DNA of 21,550 bases, taken from an uncultured Pseudoxanthomonas sp. (lineage in GTDB: Bacteria; Pseudomonadota; Gammaproteobacteria; Xanthomonadales; Xanthomonadaceae). Location of the stretch: NCBI GenBank assembly GCA_937975725.1, contig CALJUL010000105.1, forward strand, positions 1-21,550. The letters run 5' to 3'. Made by a program: the position numbers and the translations under genes. Each line of letters opens with the position of its first letter. The first letter of the stretch is position 1. Positions 16,565 through 21,550 of this stretch are shown piece after piece. A model generated the notes under the pieces. The model was not told where the DNA came from. It saw only the letters and a list, made by a program, of their open reading frames with translations, and did not search any database.

Positions 16565-19164
16565 ACGGCGGCGACGCACGCGAAACGGACACCGCACCCG
16601 CCGGCGCCCCGCCGGAGCAGGCCATCGACGTGGCCGCGCTCGCCGCCGCCCTGCAACGCGCCGCCGACGACCCGGCCACCGCCGAGGCGCAGCGCGCCCT
16701 GCTGCTGCAGGCCCGCACCGCCCTGATCGCCAAGCAGCGCGAAGCCGCCACCGAGCGCTCGCGCTACCGCAACCTGTTCGACGCCGTGCCCGATCCGGTC
16801 AGCATCATCGCCGAGGACGGCACCGTGCTGGACCTCAACAAGGCCGGCATGCTGGCGTACCGCCGCGCCCGCGACGAGATCGTCGGCAACAACATCAACG
16901 TGCTCAACCCGGACCTGCCGCGCGACCACCTGGTGCCGGTGTGGGAAACGCTGAACCGCGGCGAGACCTACGTCATCGAGGTCACCAACATGCGCGGCGA
17001 CGGCACCCGCTTCCCGGTGGAGGTGCACTCGGCCAACATCAACTTCGACGGCCACAAGAGCATCGTGGCGGTGGCGCGCGACATCAGCAGCCGGCGCTTG
17101 GCCGAGCTGCGCTACCGCGAGCTGATGGAGACCATCGACAAGGGCATCGTGGTGCACAACCGCGACCTGGCCGTGCAGTATTGCAACGGCGCGGCCATGC
17201 GCATCTTCGGCATCCGCGAGGACCAGCGCGTGGACCAGGAACTGGCGCCGGAGCGCTGGCACATGGTCGACGAGCACGGCCGCGAGATGCAGCGCCACGA
17301 ACTGCCCTCGCAGCGCGCCCTGGACCAGGGCCAGATGGTGGAAAGCGTGCTGCTGGGCATGTACCACCGCGAGCGCAAGCAACTGATCTGGCTGACCGCC
17401 ACCTCGGTGCCGCAGTTCGCCCCGGGCGAGAGCGCGCCCTCGCAGGTCACCACCCTCTTCAGCGACGTCACCGAGCTCAAGCGCGACAGCGCCCTGTTCG
17501 ACCGTGCGCAGTCGCTGGCGCACATCGGCGGCTGGGAATGGGACATCGGCCGCGACCGCATGTACCTGACCGACGAGGCGCAGCGCATCCTCGGCGCCGC
17601 GCGGCCGCTGGTGACGCTGGAGGACGTGCTGGCCTGCCTGCGCGAGCCCGACCGCCGCCGCCTGCGCGGCGCGCTGGACCTGGTCACCGCCGGCGGCAAG
17701 GGCTTCGACCTGGAACTGCAGGGCACCCAGGCCGACGGCCACCCGTTCTGGATCCGCGTGATCGGCGACGCCGAGCCCGGCGACCCCGGCGCCTCGCACA
17801 TCAGCGGCACCATGCAGGACATCTCGCAGGACAAGCAGGCCGAAGAGATGCTGCGCATCCAGGCGCGCACCGACCCGCTTACCGGGCTGATGAACCGCGA
17901 CGCGGTGCTGACCGAGCTGGGCGCGCGCCTGGCCGATCCCGAGCGCTCGCGGGTGGCAGTGCTGTACATCGACCTGGACCGCTTCAAGATGGTCAACGAC
18001 GTGCTGGGCCACAACGCCGGCGACGAACTGCTGGTGCAGTCCTCCGACCGCATCCGCGGCGCGGTCGGCACCGAGGGCATGATCGCCCGCTTCGGCGGCG
18101 ACGAGTTCCTGGTGATCTGCGACGCCGGCGAGGACCCGCGCCTGCCGGAGAAGCTGGCGCACGCGGTGCTGGGCGCGTTCGCCGACGCCTTCCGCTTCGG
18201 CAAGGACGAGTTCGCCATCACCGCCAGCATCGGCCTGGCGGTGGCGCCCGGCGACGGCCTGCGTCCGCAGCAGCTCATCCAGAACGCCGACATCGCGATG
18301 TACGACAGCAAGCACCGCGCGCGCAACGGCTGGCAGAGCTTCACCCAGGAACTGGCGCAGCGGCAGCAGGACCGCCTGCAGATCGAGACCCAGTTGCGCC
18401 GCGCCGTGGACAACGACGAGTTCCGGCTGGTCTACCAGCCGCAGGTGGACCTGCGCAACGGCCGCATCGTCGCCGGCGAGGCGCTGATCCGCTGGCAGAA
18501 CCACCAGTTGGGCGAACTGCGTCCGGACGTGTTCATCAGCCACGCCGAGACCACCGGCGACATCGTGCGCATCGGCAGTTGGGTGCTGCGCGAAGCCTGC
18601 CGCCAGATCGCCGCCTGGCGCGACCAGGGGCTGGGCATCGTGCGGGTGGCAGTCAACGTGTCCTACCGCCAGTTCGCCGGCGACAACCTGACCGACCGGC
18701 TGCGCGCGATCCTGCATGAGTTCGACCTGCCTGGCGCGGCGCTGGAACTGGAATTCACCGAGCGCGTGCTGATCGAGGACGCACCGGCCACGCTGCGCAC
18801 CTTCGCCGACCTGCGCCAGTTGGGCGTGATGCTGACCATCGACGACTTCGGCGAAGGCTACAGCGCGCTCAACTACCTGCGCCGCCTGCCCATCCACGGA
18901 CTCAAGCTCAGCCCGCTGTTCACCGAGGGCGTGCCCAGCAACCGCTCCGACGTGGCGGTCTGCCAGGCCGTCTCCGCCATCGCCCGCAGCCTGGGCCTGG
19001 GCCTGGTGGCCGAAGGCGTGGAATCCGAGGCGCAGCGCCAGTTCCTGCTGCAACTGGGCGTGCCGGTGGGCCAGGGTTTCCTGTTCGCCCCCGGCCTGTC
19101 TCCCGACGAGTTCGCCCGCCGCCTGGCCGAAACCCCGCTGGAGCAGCGCCTCTCCCACGCCTGA
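16561..19164 (+). CDS. Cytoplasmic multi-PAS GGDEF-EAL protein (c-di-GMP cyclase/phosphodiesterase)
   Basis: The ATG at 16561 overlaps the lyase TGA (ATGA). PAS-like modules are visible (YRNLFDAVPDPVSIIAEDG..., ETIDKGIVVHNRDL..., GGWEWDIGRDRMYLTDEA...). The GGDEF motif is intact (ARFGGDEFLV). EAL-domain motifs are present: EALIRW, DDFGEGYSAL, VAEGVESEAQ, GQGFLFAP. No TM segment seen. Confidence 0.9.
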   Translation: MNGGDARETDTAPAGAPPEQAIDVAALAAALQRAADDPATAEAQRALLLQARTALIAKQREAATERSRYRNLFDAVPDPVSIIAEDGTVLDLNKAGMLAYRRARDEIVGNNINVLNPDLPRDHLVPVWETLNRGETYVIEVTNMRGDGTRFPVEVHSANINFDGHKSIVAVARDISSRRLAELRYRELMETIDKGIVVHNRDLAVQYCNGAAMRIFGIREDQRVDQELAPERWHMVDEHGREMQRHELPSQRALDQGQMVESVLLGMYHRERKQLIWLTATSVPQFAPGESAPSQVTTLFSDVTELKRDSALFDRAQSLAHIGGWEWDIGRDRMYLTDEAQRILGAARPLVTLEDVLACLREPDRRRLRGALDLVTAGGKGFDLELQGTQADGHPFWIRVIGDAEPGDPGASHISGTMQDISQDKQAEEMLRIQARTDPLTGLMNRDAVLTELGARLADPERSRVAVLYIDLDRFKMVNDVLGHNAGDELLVQSSDRIRGAVGTEGMIARFGGDEFLVICDAGEDPRLPEKLAHAVLGAFADAFRFGKDEFAITASIGLAVAPGDGLRPQQLIQNADIAMYDSKHRARNGWQSFTQELAQRQQDRLQIETQLRRAVDNDEFRLVYQPQVDLRNGRIVAGEALIRWQNHQLGELRPDVFISHAETTGDIVRIGSWVLREACRQIAAWRDQGLGIVRVAVNVSYRQFAGDNLTDRLRAILHEFDLPGAALELEFTERVLIEDAPATLRTFADLRQLGVMLTIDDFGEGYSALNYLRRLPIHGLKLSPLFTEGVPSNRSDVAVCQAVSAIARSLGLGLVAEGVESEAQRQFLLQLGVPVGQGFLFAPGLSPDEFARRLAETPLEQRLSHA

Positions 19165-19277
19165 GGCAGGAGCGACCGTCTCCTCCTTCGCCCGTTGCCG
19201 ACCGATAGCCGTACCTCTATGCTGCCCACCAGTAGCAGGTGGGGTACCCGCTACACATCACACCACAGGGGAAAACG

Positions 19278-19889
19278 ATGTCTCCATTGTTTCGCGGCCT
19301 GCGTTCCGCTGGCTTGGCGGTTATCGCGTGCCTGACGCTGTCCGGATGCCTGTCGATGAAGTTCTACGTCGACCCTGCCTTGCCCACGATCGCCAAGAGT
19401 GAACTCGTGCCGCCGTCCCCGCAGCATCCTGCCCACGTGCTGTTCGAGTTCCGCAGCAAGGGCAGCGCCAACACCACCGCCACCAGCCAGCTACGCGGTC
19501 AGGTCGTCGCCGCGGTAGCCGAATCCGGCCTGTTCTCCAGCATTTCGCCCGCCGCTGGCGACACGGACGCGGGCCAATTGAAGATCGTGATCGACAATGT
19601 GCCCCTCACGGAGAATGCAGCCGCCAAAGGTTTCGGTACCGGCCTGACATTTGGCTTGGCTGGTTCGCAGGTGACCGATGGGTATACCTGCGTGGTCAGC
19701 TACACGCGTGGCGACAAGACCACCACCGCTACCGTGAAGCATGCATTGCATTCCACCATCGGCAACCACTCCGGCCCTGCCGGCCTCACCGCGATGCCTG
19801 CGCAGGACGCAATCAACCAGGTTATGCAGCAGATGGTCTGGAATGCGCTCAAGGAACTCAACGACAAGCAGGCATTCGCTTCGGAGTAA
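19278..19889 (+). CDS. Hypothetical lipoprotein
   Basis: MSPLFRGLRSAGLAVIACLTLSGC is a signal peptide with a good lipobox (LSGC). AGGGGA lies upstream of the ATG at 19278. G+C and third-position bias are lower than in the flanks. No family recognised with confidence. Confidence 0.65.
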   Translation: MSPLFRGLRSAGLAVIACLTLSGCLSMKFYVDPALPTIAKSELVPPSPQHPAHVLFEFRSKGSANTTATSQLRGQVVAAVAESGLFSSISPAAGDTDAGQLKIVIDNVPLTENAAAKGFGTGLTFGLAGSQVTDGYTCVVSYTRGDKTTTATVKHALHSTIGNHSGPAGLTAMPAQDAINQVMQQMVWNALKELNDKQAFASE

Positions 19890-19893
19890 CCGT

Positions 19894-20463
19894 ATGCGCA
19901 TCCGTTTTCCAATCGCCTACGCCGTGCTGGCCAGCCTTACGCTGGCCGGCTGCGTCTCGGCACCTGCGCCGAAATACCAACCCAGCGTGGACAACAGCGC
20001 CCTGGTACTCAAGCATCGGCCGATCGTCGACGTCGGTCCATTCACCGCCGCGGCAGGGGTGCAGAACCGGGCGCTCAGCATGCGCGGCTCGAAACTCCAG
20101 GGTGGCGCCGACGGCACGTATTCCACCTATCTGCGAGATGCGCTCATCACCGAACTGCAGGTAGCCGGTGGTTATGTGCCCGGCAGCAATCTGCGCATCG
20201 AGGGCGAGCTGACCCATAACCGACTCGATGTCTCGGGCATCAAGGTCGGCAAAGCTGAGGTAGGTGCACGCTTCATCGTGCGTCGGGGCGACCATGTGGT
20301 CTACGACCGCACCTTGCAAATCGAGCACACGTGGGAATCCTCGTTCATTGGCGCCTTGGCCATCCAGGCCGGCATCGATAATTACGGAACCACCGTACAG
20401 AAGCTGATCGGCACCCTGCTGGCCGACCCCGAGTTCATCTCGGCGATCCAGCCAGTTAGCTGA
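19894..20463 (+). CDS. Hypothetical lipoprotein (possibly YajG-like; weak impression only)
   Basis: MRIRFPIAYAVLASLTLAGC is a signal peptide with a lipobox (LAGC). The start is 4 nt after the preceding lipoprotein gene's stop. The layout LRIEGELTHNRLDVSG...ARFIVRR...ESSFIGA...VQKLIGTLLADPEF loosely recalls E. coli YajG. Lower G+C. Confidence 0.65.
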   Translation: MRIRFPIAYAVLASLTLAGCVSAPAPKYQPSVDNSALVLKHRPIVDVGPFTAAAGVQNRALSMRGSKLQGGADGTYSTYLRDALITELQVAGGYVPGSNLRIEGELTHNRLDVSGIKVGKAEVGARFIVRRGDHVVYDRTLQIEHTWESSFIGALAIQAGIDNYGTTVQKLIGTLLADPEFISAIQPVS

Positions 20464-20469
20464 AACGGG

Positions 20470-20491
20470 GGTGGTCCTGCAAAGGACCACC
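20470..20491 (+). terminator. Perfect hairpin after the lipoprotein pair
   Basis: GGTGGTCC-tgcaaa-GGACCACC is an 8-bp perfect stem starting 7 nt after the stop at 20463. There is no U-tract, so the terminator function is uncertain. A TAGAAT (-10-like) hexamer follows at 20508-20513. Confidence 0.3.
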
Positions 20492-20530
20492 GCTCCCCGG
20501 CCTCCGCTAGAATGACGGTCACCCTCATTC

Positions 20531-21313
20531 ATGCGTACTCTTATGCAGCTTTCCGACATCCGCGCCGTCGTCACCGGCGGCGTCTCCGGCCTGGGCCTGG
20601 CCGTGGCCCGCCACGTGGTTGCCCACGGCGGCAAGGCCGCGCTGTTCGACGTCAACGACGACAAGGGCGCGGCGGCCGTCGCCGGACTGGGCGAAGCCAA
20701 CGCCCGCTATTTCCGCACCGACGTCACCGACGAGGCCGGCGTGGCCGCCAACGTCGCCGCCGCGAAGGACTTCCTCGGCGGCCTGAACGCCGCGATCAAC
20801 TGCGCCGGCATCCTCGGCGCCGGCCGCGTGCTGGGCAAGGAGGCGCCGATGCCGCTGTCCACCTTCCAGGCCACGGTGATGGTCAACCTGGTGGGCAGCT
20901 TCAACGTGGCCAAGGCCGCTGCGGACGCGATGCAGCACAACGCGCCCAACGCCGACGGCGAGCGCGGCGTGATCGTCAACACCGCCAGCGTGGCGGCCTA
21001 CGAAGGCCAGATCGGCCAGGCCGCGTATTCGGCCTCCAAGGGCGGCGTGGTCGGCATGACCCTGCCGATGGCGCGCGAACTGTCGCGCTTCGGCATCCGC
21101 GTGATGACGGTGGCGCCGGGCATCTTCTGGACGCCGATGGTCGACGGCATGCCGGAAGCCGTGCAGCAGTCGCTGAGCGCCTCGATCCCCTTCCCTTCCC
21201 GCCTGGGCAAGCCGGAGGAATTCGCCGACCTGGTCGCCTACATCCTCGGCAACCCCTACCTCAACGGCGAGACCATCCGCCTGGACGGCGCGGTGCGGCT
21301 GGCGCCGAAGTAA
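20531..21313 (+). CDS. SDR-family 3-hydroxyacyl-CoA dehydrogenase (HADH2 / 3-hydroxy-2-methylbutyryl-CoA dehydrogenase-like)
   Basis: Rossmann motif VVTGGVSGLG. NAAINCAG. Catalytic region NTASVAAYEGQIGQAAYSASKGGVVGMTLPMAREL...IRVMTVAPGIFWTPM is very like type-2 HADH. An alternative start at 20543 gives MQLSD. Confidence 0.85.
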   Translation: MRTLMQLSDIRAVVTGGVSGLGLAVARHVVAHGGKAALFDVNDDKGAAAVAGLGEANARYFRTDVTDEAGVAANVAAAKDFLGGLNAAINCAGILGAGRVLGKEAPMPLSTFQATVMVNLVGSFNVAKAAADAMQHNAPNADGERGVIVNTASVAAYEGQIGQAAYSASKGGVVGMTLPMARELSRFGIRVMTVAPGIFWTPMVDGMPEAVQQSLSASIPFPSRLGKPEEFADLVAYILGNPYLNGETIRLDGAVRLAPK

Positions 21314-21330
21314 AACGGAAGTTAGGGGAC

Positions 21331-21401
21331 AGGAGTGAGGAGTGAGGAAAAACATCGCTCCCGCTCTCCCCCTCGCTCCTCACTCCTATCCACTCACTCC
21401 T
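21331..21401. repeat. Heptamer-based palindromic intergenic element
   Basis: The left arm AGGAGTGAGGAGTGAGG (21331-21347) contains GGAGTGA twice. The right side carries CTCCTCACTCCT (21376-21387), the exact reverse complement of 21331-21342. A second, degenerate copy CACTCACTCCT lies at 21391-21401. TCGCTC recurs four times in between and after. Confidence 0.6.
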
Positions 21402-21412
21402 CGCTCTTAACC

Positions 21413-21550
21413 ATGAAAGCTTTCGACATCAAGAAAGGCAACGTCGTCGAACACAACGGCGGCGTGTACCAGATCCGCGACATCGAGCGCAGCTCGCCGC
21501 AGGGCCGCGGCGGCAACGTGCGCTTCCGCTTCATCATGTACAGCGTGCCC
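21413..21550 (+). CDS. yeiP: Elongation factor P-like protein YeiP/EfpL, N-terminal fragment (continues beyond the window)
   Basis: My own translation from the ATG at 21413 is [46 protein letters not shown]. This is the EF-P KOW-like N-domain pattern, of the YeiP type (..GRGG...F). Confidence 0.8.
   Translation, partial: MKAFDIKKGNVVEHNGGVYQIRDIERSSPQGRGGNVRFRFIMYSVP

Noticed and set aside
16432-19158. 908-aa minus-strand ORF antisense to the PAS-GGDEF-EAL gene
   Set aside because: The translation has high-GC antisense artefact composition, with runs of A/G/R/V/Q/H and no motifs. The sense strand has intact GGDEF and EAL signatures.

Overview
High-G+C chromosomal segment, probably gammaproteobacterial and Xanthomonadales/Lysobacter-like; that assignment is inferred from composition and protein similarities only. 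The backbone is a leucine/isovalerate catabolic (liu/mcc) cluster: the mccB 3' end, liuC, mccA, an HMG-CoA lyase gene, and a nearby HADH2-type SDR. Unrelated gene blocks split this cluster into pieces. Block (i) holds a lipoprotein plus a tightly coupled bactofilin / zinc-ribbon / HscC-type Hsp70 / tail-anchored J-like protein cassette. Block (ii) is a convergent feoA-feoB-small Cys-rich protein operon. Block (iii) is a VOC gene followed by a low-G+C GxxExxY (PD-(D/E)XK) gene bracketed by ~35-bp inverted repeats. Block (iv) is a TonB-dependent receptor, a cyclophilin-like protein and an XRE/cupin regulator. Block (v) is a PAS-GGDEF-EAL gene whose start overlaps the lyase stop. Block (vi) is a lower-G+C pair of lipoprotein genes. 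mccA is frameshifted near codon 52. The window ends in a heptamer-based palindromic intergenic element and the 5' end of yeiP/efpL. I found no rRNA, tRNA, CRISPR array, transposase or integrase. My best candidate for an undescribed system is the bactofilin-ZnR-HscC-J-like cassette (1300..4798). The J-like protein there appears to lack the canonical HPD tripeptide. All calls come from reading the supplied translations and sequence by eye; no searches were run.
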